From the human T2T-CHM13v2.0 reference genome, Homo sapiens, in assembly GCF_009914755.1 (NCBI RefSeq), contig NC_060944.1: a DNA stretch of 64,000 bases; one strand, given 5' to 3'. Below the pieces are notes generated by a model. That model had not been told where the DNA came from and searched no databases. It was given only the letters and a program-made list of their open reading frames with translations. Below, piece after piece: positions 1 through 13,210 of the stretch; position 1 is the stretch's first letter; each line of letters opens with the position of its first letter. The position numbers and the translations under genes were made by a program.

Positions 1-511
1 GAGATTAATTCGTGTGGCCACAAATAGCTTGAACACTGTGTCCTCAGCGCTGTGATCTAGTATCCCCTGAAATTTACACAGGGTGCCAGCCCGGCAGCCA
101 GAAAAGCCACAGGACCGTCTTAAGCTGCCCAGCGCTCCTAGCCGGGGGACCCCTCAGGAATTTCAGAGGGTGGGGACAAGATTAAGTCGTTTGTTTTTCA
201 TTTCATCCGCCTACCTCGCCCCCCGCCTAATAAGCCTGCTTTCTGGCCTCCCGTTTATCAGCCAAATGGAATGATTGTGCACCCCCCATCCCCGGGTTTG
301 CACCTCCAGGCTCAGTCCGTCTACTTCCTCCACCTGGCGTACCCTCTTTTATGGTCATGCTCACCTTCCAGTCTCTGCATAGCTAAATGCCACCATCCTC
401 CAAGCCTAGTGCCACCACCTCTGCTCCCCCCACCAAGTGGTACATGGCTTTAAAGGATGTGGGCTCTGGAATAGAGTTTAAACCCCAGCTCTGTTAGATG
501 TAGGTGAGGGG

Positions 512-1198
512 TGATATGGTTTGGCTTTGTGTCCCCACCCAAATCTCATCTTGAATTGTAATTCCCATGTGCCAAGGGAGGGACCTGGTGGGAGGTGATT
601 GGATCTTGGGGGCATTTTCTCCCATGCTGGTCTGGTGATAGTGAGTGAGTGTTCATGAGAGCTGATGCTGTTAAAGTGTTTGGCACTGGCCAGGTGCGGT
701 GGCTCAAGCCTGTAATCCCGGCACTTTGGGAGGCGGAGGTGGGTGAATCATCTGAGGTCAGGAGTTCGAGACCAGCCTGGCCAATGTGGCGAAACCCTGT
801 CTCTAGTAAAAATACAAAAAAAATCAGCCAGGCGTGGTGGCGGGTGCCTGTATTCCTAGCTACGTGGATGGCTGAGGCAGGAGAATCGCTTGAACCCAGG
901 AGGCAGAGGTTGCAGTGAGCCGAGATCGAGCCACTGCACTCCAGCTGAGCAACAGAGTGAGCCTCTGTCTCAAAAAATATTAAAAAATAAAGTGTTTGGC
1001 AGTCTCCCTCACCACGACCACCCCCTCTCTGTCCTGCCACTGTGTAAGATGTGTCTTGCTTCCCCTTTCCCTTCCAACATGATTGTGTTTCCTGAGGCCT
1101 CCCCAGCCACGCAGAACTGTGAGTCAATTAAACCTCCTTTGTTTATAAATTACTGTCTCAGGTATATCTTTATAGCTGTGTGAGAACAGACTAATACA
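512..1198 (+). mobile_element. MaLR solo LTR (MSTA-like), interrupted by an Alu and itself inserted in a MIR
   Basis: Starts tgatatggtttggc...ccccacccaaatctc, ends agactaataca; 5-bp TSD AGGGG on both sides. Confidence 0.88.
688..988 (+). mobile_element. Alu (AluS-type), full length
   Basis: Dimeric Alu; TSD aaagtgtttggca(c/g)t at 673-687 and 989-1003. Confidence 0.95.
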
Positions 1199-1460
1199 AG
1201 GGGCTTACTTTCCTGTGAACCTCAGTTTTTGCCCCTATAGGTGGAATACTAATGGCTGATTAATTCCTGCCTCATCAGATCATTTGAGATTTAAACCAGA
1301 AAAGGCAGACTAGGTGCTTGGCTCCCTGCTGAGAACGTAGTAAGGACTCCCTCGATGTGAGCTCAGGGCAGGTCAGGCAGGTAGCTGGCCTAGACAGCTG
1401 GGGCAGGAGGAGAACATCCGTGCAAAGAGGCTAGAGGCCCTCAGCAGCAGCGTGGTGGCA

Positions 1461-1897
1461 GCTGTTGGATCGGCTGGCCACACTTCCACAGATCTGGCCC
1501 ATAAGGAGACAACACTCCAGATGGATGTAGGTGGGTTCTTACTTCACAGTGGGCAAGATCAGGTTGGTGTTGGCTCCCACATCCTAGTCCCACAGGGTGA
1601 CCCCAAACTGGAAGGGCCAGACAACAGATGGCATCAGTGGTGGGTCACTCTGTTATTGAGGAAGCAACTCTGGACACAGCTAAGTGGTTTTGTAGTCTTC
1701 ATCTGTACCAAAGTGGGGCAAGATGGAAAGCGCCAAGTCTCACTAGAACGAGGGAGGCCGATGAGAAATGACCGTGCTACAGCTCCTCACAGGACTGCTG
1801 TCTTGCAGCACCCCACGCAGGATCCTAGGGCCTTCCGTCAAGATTTGGGTTGGACTGTGCTTTAGTCTTGCCTATGGGTCTTTTGCAGAAATACACA
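1461..1897 (-). mobile_element. Probable ERVL-class solo LTR (MER54/MER73/MER74-like group)
   Basis: TG...CA ends; cagatctggccc...ggagacaacac segment resembles the reverse strand of this LTR group. Subfamily uncertain. Confidence 0.5.
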
Positions 1898-2229
1898 AGG
1901 TCACCGGGGCCCAGAGAGTAATGAGAGAGGCAGGAAGACATTTGTGCTCACCTAGAACAGTGCCTGGCACATTGTATATGCTCAATTAAAAAGTGTTGGA
2001 TGAATGAATGAATTTACCCCACAGTATTTAACAAACCCCTGCCTGGAGCAGGCCCTGTTCTGGTTGCTGGGAATTTGGAGATAAGTGAGGCTTAGCCCAT
2101 GCTCTCAAGACCTCACGTGACAGTGCCAGAGATGCTTCAACTGATCATTAGCAAAGTGTTCTGAGATCTCTGAAAAAGCTAAGCATGGCTCGGAGGCACT
2201 GACAGTGGAGTGTCTGCATTTATGAGAGC

Positions 2230-2740
2230 ATTTTGGGTGGCAATTGGCAGAAATGTCAAAGCCGTTGAAACAAACAAAAGAAAGAGACTTAATTGGCTCA
2301 TGAAACTGAAATGCTACCTGCAGGCATGGCTGTATCCAGGCACTCAAACAACATCAACATAGTCTCTCTCTCTCACCCCGTCCCCACTCACCCATGTCTC
2401 TTGGCTCTGTTTTCCTCTGTGTCACCTTCCTCCTGGCCAGCTTCCTCGTCGTGGTGGTCCCCAGCCCTTCTAGGTGTTCATCATCCTGAGGACTGGCAGT
2501 GGCAGCAGAAAGAGGGCTCCTCTTTCCCAGTAGCTCTCCCAGAATTCAAGGATTGACTCAAACTAGCCCAGTTAGGTCGTGGGCACATCCCTCCACAAAT
2601 AGCACTGTGGGACGCGAAAGTGATCAGCTCCATCCAAAGGATGTGGAGGGAGGGTGAAGCGGGAGAGGCTCTCCAAGGGAAAGTGAGGATGCTGCTAGGG
2701 AAGAGGAGGTGGATGCTGGGCAGGTACAGACAACAGATGT
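2230..2740 (-). mobile_element. Old MLT1 (MaLR) LTR fragment
   Basis: caggcatggctgtatccagg..ctcaaa and gattgactcaaactagcccag motifs typical of reverse MLT1K/L. Confidence 0.55.
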
Positions 2741-3349
2741 CCACTAGATCCACCTAGAAGACCGTTCATTCAAACTTGATTATGTGCACTGGGTGGAAAT
2801 TTATTGGATGGGACAGGGGAAATAGAATGGGAGGAAGGGAATCTCTGGCAGAGAGAACAGCATGAGCAAAGGCCCAGAGGGAGAGAAGTGGATCACAAGG
2901 AATTGGACCAGGAGATGGGTAGGTGGTTGAGGTTGGAGGATTGAGCAGAGGCCAGATGATTGAAATCCTTGAATGTCAAGTGATTCAAAGAGGAAAGAGC
3001 TATGGTTAGATTTGCATTTTTAAATTCATTCATCCAACACATATTTACTGAGCAACTACTATGTGAATAAGCAAAGTCCCTGATTATATTCTAATCATAC
3101 CCTAGGGTAGTGCTAGGAAGCAAGACTGGAGACGCTGAGTCTGGAGGCAGGGAGAGGGAGGAGGTTGTGCACCAGTCTAGACGGGAGTGGCTAAGACTTA
3201 GCTGGGGCGTGGAGCACATTTCCCCTGCATCAGCTCTACTCAGGGCCAAACCTTTGCTATGTAGAGTGAGTGCAGGAAGCAGATCTCCAGGCTCTTGTGT
3301 GATGCTCCACCAGGGCAGCCTGCTGGGAACATTTTTGTAGCATCTGTTT

Positions 3350-3850
3350 GCACAGGCTGTCACCAACAGAATTAGCCTAGATTTGAATCCTTGCTGTCCC
3401 ATGCACTGGCTGTGTGACCTGCCGCACCTCTCTGGGCCTCAGTCTCCTCTGTTAAATGACTTTGTGCTGGCACCTACTTTGCAGAGTTGTCATGACGATT
3501 AAATGGGATAGTGTTTGGCGCCTAAGAAGTGCTCAATAAATGACGATGTTATTAATTACTATTGTTACTGTGACTGTCTTCAAGGGACATCCACTCCTGA
3601 AACTCATCTTCCTCTCTTGGAAACTGGGCACCATGATAGCAAGTGCCTTAGTGGAATGGTAATCCACTTAGTGGCCATGTGACCTTGGGCACATGACGTC
3701 ACCTCTCTGTGCCTTGGACTCCTCATGGGAAAAAATGGGGCTAATATTAGTACCTGCTTACAGGGCTGTTATATGAATTAAATAAATCATGGTAAGTCCT
3801 GAGGAGAGTTCCTGGCACGTAGTAAACTCTCAATAAATGTCAAATAAATA
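3350..3850 (+). mobile_element. Two MIR fragments
   Basis: MIR cores tgtgtgacct...cctctctg(g/t)gcct...; 3' ends gtgctcaataaatg and ctcaataaatg. Confidence 0.75.
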
Positions 3851-3975
3851 ATTATTATTATGTATTTGTAATATTATGTTGCAATAGTTCGTTATATTAA
3901 TATAATATGTTATAATAACATAGATTATATTATATTGCAACATCATAATAATAAGTATTATTATTCGGTAGTAGT
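3845..3975. repeat. AT-rich low-complexity tract
   Basis: Degenerate (TAA/TTA)n-like sequence following a MIR tail. Confidence 0.7.
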
Positions 3976-3979
3976 AGTT

Positions 3980-4221
3980 TAGATTGACCATCTGCAATCT
4001 GAAAATCTGAAATGCAAAATACTCCAAAATCTGAAACTTTTTGAGTGCTGACATGCGGCTCAAGGGCAGTGCTCACGGGAGCATTTTGGATTTTGGATTT
4101 TCAGATTCAGAGTGCTCAACTGCTGAGTGTATATATAATGCAAATATTCCAAAGTCTGAAAAAGTCTGAAATCCTAAACACTTCCAGTCCCATGCATTTG
4201 GGATAAGGGCTGGTCAGCCTA
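3980..4221 (-). mobile_element. Tigger4a/MER46A-type TcMar-Tigger MITE
   Basis: Repeated aaatctgaaa / ttttggattt self-complementary blocks and gcatttgggataaggg end. Confidence 0.8.
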
Positions 4222-4276
4222 TAGTATGTTATTAACAAGGAGGGGTTAATGATGACATTTAAAAAAAGCCTTATTA

Positions 4277-4737
<461 letters not shown>

Positions 4738-6434
4738 TTATTAATATTGTGAAACGACATCAGACTCAAACCCTTCTCCCAGCAGAACAGGAGAAGGAGG
4801 CTGGCTCCCCTCCCCTGATCTGTTTCTCCTAGGCTGACCGGAGGGGTGTCCCGTCCCCCGCTTTCCCTCGACGGTTCTGTAACTCCCCAGAAGGCCATCC
4901 CAGCTGGCACTTTAGTTTTGCGATTCGGGGATTTCTTTTCTGCCTCATGCCTGGAATAATTTGTGGCTCCATTTACAAGAGCAGAGCCCTTGTGTTCAAG
5001 CCCGCTCGGGTCCCAGAAGCAGTGATGCCTGGAAAGCAGTTTGGAAAGGTCAGCTCGGGGCGCAGTCCAAAGTGATTTTAAGTGCCCCAGCTAAGTGCCG
5101 GCCAGAATGGGGAGCGCTTTTAATCTATAAGCCTTGCCCTGTGAAGAAAGAGACAACACTGCTCTGAAGCAGTTTGACTGCAAAGTAATAAATCCCTTTG
5201 TGTATATAAAAAGTACAGACGTATCTAGCTCACATTTCAGAAGAAAAAAAAATCTCTGCAGTTAGGGCATTGGAGTTGAACTCATGTACATGAATCTATG
5301 GGAGGAACTTCATCGAGAAAAAGGAGTTTATAATCGTCATACATTTTTAATTTACAAGGATTTGTTCTGAGACTGCCTGAGATCACAGTTTCCTAAGCTG
5401 TGTGTCCTTGAGCCAGTTGCTTCACTTCTCTGTGTCTCATCTGTATAGTGGGAAGAGTGAGTACTCACTTTTGGGTTGTTGTAAAAATTAAATGAATTAC
5501 TAGCTGTAATGCATTTAGGATAGTGCCTGGAACAGTGTACACACTTAATAAGGGTTAGTTACTATTATCTTATAGTACAGATTTTTGTTTTAGGATTGGC
5601 GGCGATTTTCTGCCTGGCACACAGGAAAGCCAGTCTACAGAGTGGCCCTGTTGTTTGCAACAGAAACCTATAATTGTCTGTTTCTCCTTGGTTTTCTGGG
5701 TTGAGAGTCCAATGCACACATTTCATCATGCCTTGATTTTTTTTTTTTTTTTGTCCTTTTTAAATCCAACCTTTCAGGACGTACTTCCAGCAAGGCAATT
5801 TGGAATTCTTGAATTCCAGAGAGACCTTTCCGGCCACATTAGCTAACAGAGGAACTTTTCAAAACCAAGAGAAGCTTGCAAACCACTGGTTAGAAAATCA
5901 ACTCATTCATTCATTCATTCTACAAATATTTCTTGTGGGCTTACTATTTGCCAGGTCTGCGTGCCAGGCTCAGGGGTTTCAAAGAGAGCATGGCATATTA
6001 AAGGTGTATCCTATGGGGAGCCAGGCCCTGATTTAAGAGCTGTGTATACATCAATCCACTCACCACAATCCTATGAGATCGATCTTATCTTATCCCCATT
6101 GCACAGACGCAGAAACTGAGGCAAAGAGAGGTTAAGTATCCCTAAGGACACACAGCTGGTAAATAAAGTCCAGATTCAAATCGAGGCAGCTCAGCTCCAA
6201 AATTTGTACTCTTCTCTTTTTCTCCCCAGCTCTTTAATTTGGAAAATTTCAAACCTACAGAAAATGTACCAGTATGGCACAGTGAACATCATATATTTGT
6301 GCCATTGACGTAGTCATTGTTTAAAGCTTCCCACATTTTCTTTACCCTTTCCTTTCTCTGTAAATTTTTGTGAAACCATAAGAGTTACTTGCAAACATGA
6401 TGATTCTTCACCCCAAAATACTTCAGCATGTGCA

Positions 6435-6945
6435 GTAGTATCTATTACTGCATAACAAGTTACCCCAAACTTTAATAGATAAAAAAACAAGTATTTATTA
6501 TATCATATCTGTAGGTCAGGAATCTGGGAGCAGCTGAGCTGGTCCTCCACTCAGGGTCTCTCATGAGGCTATAATCAAAGTGTGAGCTGGGGCTGCCTTC
6601 ACATCAGGCATGGTGGAGCTCATGCATGTAGCTGTTGATTGGAGGCCTCAGTTCCTCCCCACATAGGCCTCTTCATGGGGCTGGGGCTGCTCATGACACA
6701 TTGGCTGACTTCCCTGAAAGCAAGTGGAGAGAGAGAGAGGAAGAGAGGAAGAGAGGGAGCAAGAAGCCTGGATGGATGCCACAGTGTTTTATGTCAGTGT
6801 TTATGTCAGAGTGACATACCATCACTTCTGCCATATTCTATTGGTCACACAGACCAACCCAGGTACTGTGTGGGAGGGGACTACACGGGGGTGTGAAGAC
6901 CAGGGAGGCAGAGACCACTGGAGTATCTTGGATGCTGGTGACCAC
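6435..6945 (-). mobile_element. MLT1F-like MaLR LTR inserted in an old L1ME fragment (about 6225-7075)
   Basis: ctgcataacaagttaccccaaa...ggtcaggaatctgggagcagct...tctgccatattctattggtcaca. Confidence 0.75.
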
Positions 6946-7089
6946 AGTGTGTTTCTCTGAATGATGAGGACATTCTCCTACAAAACAACCGTACTATGAC
7001 CACACATTAATACTGTACTACTACCTAACATTCACTCTGTATTCAAATTCTCCCAGATGTCTCAATAATGTCTTTTTTAATCAGTCTAG

Positions 7090-7683
7090 ATCCATTCCAC
7101 TTTCTTGACATAAGAACAGGTTGATTGCCCTTTTGGGAAACACTCCTTCCCCACTCTCAGTCCACCTAGTTCAGGAGGGGCCGATTCTGATGCCCCAGCC
7201 ATGGGTAGGCTTATGGCTCAGATCCAGCTAGTGAACACTCAGCATTGCCCTGGTGACAGCGATTGGTTCAGGGATCAGCATGTGACCCAAGCTGGGCCAA
7301 TCAGAATAATTCCTGAATTTTAGCTGGGACTGTTAAGGAAAAGGCACCATCTCACCACTAGGGTTGCAGAGCTGGTAGGGTCAGATTAAAGACACTGGGA
7401 GCCATCTTTTCTAGCAGCTTGCAGGAGAGGCTTCCTGAGAAGGAACTCAAGGTGGTAGAAAGCAAACCTGAGTGATAGAGATGGGGGGAGGGGAGACAGA
7501 GAGAGATAATGACTTTATTTTTATTTTTTTATTTTTTTTCAAAAATCCCTTGATCAAGCTATGTCTGAAGCTAACTACCCCTAGGGGTTCCAGTTATGTG
7601 AGTCAATAAGTTCCCCTTTTTATTTAAGCCAATTTGAGCTAAAGTTCTTGTTATTTGCAACAGAAAGGGTCCTGACTAATACA
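7090..7683 (+). mobile_element. MLT1 (H/J-like) MaLR LTR
   Basis: catgtgacccaagctgggccaatcaga; end gcaacagaaagggtcctgactaataca. Confidence 0.7.
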
Positions 7684-7899
7684 TGCATCTTCCAGGGAAA
7701 GAAAATGACTTACTGTAAATCCTTAACACAGAAACTAATTTGCAGTAGAAGTGTGCTATGAGGAAGCAGGACTGATATTCTTAGAAATTAGAGTTGTTTT
7801 GTCTCCTCTATTTGTAAGAGTCTAACAGATGACACAGCAAAATCTCCAGCCCTCCTACCTTCCATAACGGGTTTGCTCATCCATGGAAGTTCATGAAGT

Positions 7900-8560
7900 T
7901 CCAGTTATGCCACTTATTACTGCTGTGACCTTGGCTAAGTCATTTAACCTCTCTAAGCCTCAGTTTACTCATCTATGAAACAGATATATTATTAAGACAT
8001 AAAATAAGGGGAGAGTAAAATAAGATAGGGCATGTTAAGCATAGGGACAGTACTGAGCATATAGTAAGTGCTCAATAAAATGTAGCCATTCATAGCAGTT
8101 CTAAGATGAAAAACCTACTACGTGCGAGGATCTTGCAAAGATACACAAGAAATATAATAGGCCTACCTGAGGATGTCAGAAATCTTCATGGAGGAAGAAA
8201 GGCTCAATCTGGCCCTTCCAGGATTCACTCAAATTTAAAAACATAAGCAGATGAATAGAGGTGGGCTTCCTACAAAGAATGTGCAGGAACACAAGTCAAT
8301 AATAAGAACAGCTGAGATGTATTGAGCACTTACTGTGTGCCAGGCATAGCTGTAAGTGCTTTTCACACATCAACTCACATAATAGTTGAGGTCCTCCCAG
8401 CCCTTGAGGTGGGGATTGTGATGGACAGTTTTGCAGACAAGGACACAGAAGCCCAGAGAGGTCAAATCATTTGCTCAAGGTAACTCTGGTCCTGTGTGGA
8501 GAGCCAGGATTCAGACCCCAGGTGCCTGAATTCAGAGCCCGCATCCTTAACTGCTCTGCC
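7900..8560. mobile_element. MIR elements (+ at about 7900-8090, - at about 8300-8560)
   Basis: MIR core on each strand. Confidence 0.75.
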
Positions 8561-9214
8561 AACGCTACTGTTGCTTATAAAACGTAAGTGATAACAATGA
8601 CGGCAGTTACAGAGGCCACATATCTATGCCACAGATACAAAACCCAAATGATATGGATATCAAAGAAAAGGCACAAAGGCCACCCATGCAGCCAGGACCA
8701 AGGCCCAGGTCTGTGGGCCTCTTGTCCCTGAGGGGTTAAATGTTCTGTTCTGTGAGAGTGGCCAGGACCAAGCACAGCGCTCCGGGAGGGAAGGTGACAG
8801 GCCAGCTCAGGGCGGTGGCCAAAGCTCCAGGCAGCTGGTGGCATCGGGGGCTATGGCCAGCTGTCTCCTGCTGACCAGGCCTGAGCACCCCCAGGCCTCT
8901 CACCAGCAAGACCTCCACAGCTGTCAGAGGGGAACAGTGCTTGCCATCCACGGGCAACCCGCAGAACGGGGCCAGTGACCCCGGGGTGAAAGGTTTGCCT
9001 GCCGGGCCCCTAGCCTCCTGACTCCATCTGTCTCGCCACCTGCAAGCACCATTTCTGACTTTTTCCTTTGGTATAAATGGGGAGGCAACTACGAAATCAA
9101 CAGTGGGAAAGGTGCAAGAGGCCCCATCTTCCCAGAGCCCGAGCCTGCTGGCTGTTGAGACGTATAGGCTGAGAAGGCTGGACAGGGGACGCTGACTAGG
9201 GGACCTCCGTGCTG

Positions 9215-9830
9215 GATGGTGCCATGGGTAGGGCTGTCTTGGAATCCCACAGACCCACATTCAAATCCTGGCTTTGCCCCTAAGAGCTGCCTGAGCTCAG
9301 GTGAGCCATGCACCCTGTCACATCTCTCCTCTGTAAAATGGGCACAGCCCACCTCACAGAGGAGCTGGAAGGATGTAATGAGGTGCCTTCAGTTTCCCTC
9401 AAGGTCTAGGAGGGTGTTAAGTCCACCGGAAGTAGAACGAAACTCCTAAGTCGATTCCCGGCTCTTCTGCTCCTCAGCTGTGTGGCCTTTCATAGCCTCC
9501 TTCATCTTTCTGGGGCTCAGTTTCAAAATCCGCAAACTAAGGGGCATGATATCCATCTGACAGGGTTACTGTGAGAAATTCAATGCATTTCTATGTGTAA
9601 AGTGCCTGGACTTCAGTAAACACTATTAAAAGAAGCAGTAACAGAGTGGTTAAAGGCTCTGACATTTACCTGCTGTGTGATGTTGAGCAAGTTACCTTCC
9701 CTCTCTGTGCCTCAGTTTCCTCACATGTATCATGGAGATACTCATGCCCTTATCTTAAAGGCTTGTCCTGAGGGTTAGATGAGACATTATAAAGGCCTTT
9801 GGAGCTTAGCAGGTGGCGGGTACATGATAG
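9215..9830 (+). mobile_element. Three tandem MIR fragments
   Basis: Repeated ctcagtttc(c)...tgtaaaatgg-type cores. Confidence 0.7.
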
Positions 9831-9840
9831 ACATGGGTTC

Positions 9841-10140
9841 TTTTTTCTTTTTTTTTTCTTGAGACAAAGTCTCACTCTGTGATCCAGGCTGGAGTGCAGT
9901 GGTGCCATTATAGCTCACTGTAGCCTCAAACTCCTGGGCTCAAGGAACTCTCCAACCTCAGCCTCCTGAGCAGCTGAGACTACAGGCACATGCCACCACC
10001 TAGCTAATTTTTAAATTTTTTTGCAGAGATGGGATCTCACTATGTCGCCCAGCTGGTCTCAAACTCCTGGGTTCAAGTGATCCTTTTGCCTCAGCCTCCC
10101 AAAGTGTTGAGGTCACACACGTGAGCCCCTGTGCCTGGCC
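9841..10140 (-). mobile_element. AluJ-type, full length
   Basis: TSD tagac(a/g)tgggttct; J-type ctcctgggctcaag. Confidence 0.93.
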
Positions 10141-10270
10141 TAGACGTGGGTTCTGAATTTTACAAAAGTGCTTGGCAACGAATGTTACTGAGTTCTTATT
10201 AGTAACATGTTTTCTGTTACTAGCCCTCCTCACCAAGGAGTGGGTGGTGGACAACCTAAGGAAAGATACC

Positions 10271-10502
10271 TTTTTATTTTATTTTATTTTATTTTTTACT
10301 TTTTTTCTTTAGACAAAGTCTCACTCTGTCACCCAGGCTGGAGTGCAGTTGTACAATTACAGCTCACTGCAGCCTTGACCTCCTGGGCTTAAGTGATCTT
10401 CCCACCTCAGCCTCCTGAGTAGTTGGGACTACAAGTGTGCACCACCACCCCTAGCTAATTTTTGTATTTTTTGTAAAGACAGGGTATTGCTGTGTTGTAC
10501 CA
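10271..10502 (-). mobile_element. AluJ-type, 5'-truncated
   Basis: Tail, right arm and linker only. Confidence 0.88.
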
Positions 10503-10836
10503 TTTTTAGGGGGGGAAAACTCTCTTAGAGAAAAGATGGGGAATGGGGCAAGAGGTCTCCTCACATTTAGAGACATTTTTGTGTAGTTGTGTAGTGTGGG
10601 TGCCATCCTAAAAGGGAACACCTCAAAAGCCTCCAAAGAGAGTTATGCAGATGTGACTTACCCACATGGCCCAGCTTTCGAGGGATCACACAGCTGGGCT
10701 CTGGAGTGGATCTGTGTCCCTTCTCTGACTCTCCTGTGTGACTTGGGCAAGGCCAGCCACTTAACCTCACCAAGCCAGGTCCCATCATCTATGAAATGAG
10801 GACACTGACAGACCTGCCTCATTGGGAGGGTTCTCT

Positions 10837-11151
<315 letters not shown>

Positions 11152-11176
11152 TTCTCTGAATTAATCGGTGCAGAGC

Positions 11177-11396
11177 AGTGATTCCCAACCAGGAGTGACT
11201 CTGCCCCCGAGGGGACATTTGACAGCATCTGTAGACATTTGGCTGTCACATCTAGAGGGGAGGCATGCTGCGGGCGCCTAGTGGGTAGAGGTCAGGGTTG
11301 CTGCCAAACATCCTACGATGCACAGGACATCCCCCACCCCGCCCCCAGCACTCACCAACAACAAAGGACCATCCACTCTGAATGTCAGTAATGTCG
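11177..11396 (+). mobile_element. MER20 (hAT-Charlie); further copies at about 21640-21830, 27370-27540, 36666-36890 and 38420-38630
   Basis: cagtgattcccaacc...ggggacatttg...gacattt...ctgccaaacatcctac. Confidence 0.8.
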
Positions 11397-12896
11397 ATAG
11401 ACATCCTCACGTAGAGTATTGGCTTCAGCATAGTGCCAGTAAAAGGAAGTGCTTGTGTTTGTTGAATGACTAAATGAACTTGCTCACTGCAAGTCTCAGC
11501 TTCTCCTGGCATGGAGAAAATGTATCTCTCCCAGAGTTGTTGTGAGATCAATGAGAAATACGCCAGCCTGAGGGCCTCTCTGGGGCCCTGGGAACTGCTG
11601 TTGGATGTTGAATGAATATCATAGCAAGGGAACATTCGGAGTCTCAGATCTGGGATTTGGGCAGGAGGGTTCACCCAGGAGGCCAGCTTGCCTGTGTGTA
11701 GCATGTAGTTCTTCCAGCTGAAACTGTTTCTCCCTGAAGGATTTCAAGCACGACATATACCCAAACTAAAGAGGATGGCAGCAAAACGTGCAGAAGGAAG
11801 CTAGGTTGGATTCAGCCTCCGTGCTCCCGCCTTGCTCATCTCCAAAGCTGTAAGAATTTAAGGGAAACTTACCCCATGTTTTGTTGCCTCATTTGTGCAT
11901 AATTCATCAAAATGCTGTTCTGTAAAAGAACTTCTCTGTGGCTTGAAACCCTTTGCACACTTGTATCTTTTCCTGCGCTCTCTTTTTCTTTTATATCTCT
12001 CCCTCTCTCTCCCCCTTTCTTTCTCATTAAAAAGATGCCTTTTCTCTCAAGTGCAAGAAGCTGACTTGTGCCAAAAACAAGCAGGGTGGATGCTGAAAGT
12101 TCCCAGGGTTAGCCTGGAGCCTCCCAACCCTAGACCTTGAGCAACCTCCCAGCTTAAGTAAAATCCTCCTCCCTGCTCTGCTCCCCCTGGATGGCTCTGG
12201 GGAGTCCCAGGAATGGCCAGGACAGAGGGAGCCAGGTGAGGGCCTGGCTGCTCCCAGGAAAGAGAGGATGTCATGGTCCTGTTTTGGCCAAGCAGGTCCT
12301 GTTTTGGCCAACCAGTGCTCCCGTGCGCAGATCCCTGTGGTGATGGGAGACAATTGCAAGGGTCAGGGTTCGAGACAAGATACTCAAAAGTCCCTTCCAG
12401 TGGTGGGCACCTGACTCCAGGGCGGGTTCGTAAGGGCTGCGGTAGCTTCGGGGCAGGTGCAGCCTCGGTCTCCTCACCTGGGCAGTGGGAATAAAGGGGT
12501 CTATTCAGATTGTTCGGATGAGCAGTCAGTGAGGAGGAGGATGTGAGGTGTGTGGGTGCTGGGCACTACACCAAGCACTCAGGGCATGCAAGCCACCAGT
12601 GTCCCTGCATCTTCAGGGCACTTTCTGAACCTCAGCACCTTCCTCTCCAAAATGAGAAAAACAGCACCCGCTCCATAGTGTTGTTGAGAGGATTCAACAA
12701 GCTCCTTGCTACAAAGCCCCCAGTAGGACCTGGCATATAATTCCTGTTTTGAAAATGTTTGTGTATGTCTCACATCTTACCTAATTCATGCCCCTGCCTG
12801 CTCATACCAAGAACAGGTATCCAGTAAAAAGGGAGAAGAGTGTAAAAGGTGAAGATGCTACATTTATTTTTTCCTGGCAATTCATTTGATTTTTTA

Positions 12897-13210
<314 letters not shown>

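Noticed and set aside
546-1127. 193-aa ORF and similar Alu-derived ORFs (e.g. 28910-29407, 35032-35448, 55749-56165, 57439-57873)
   Set aside because: Peptides such as [18 protein letters not shown] and LELLTS are standard antisense-Alu translations, not genes.
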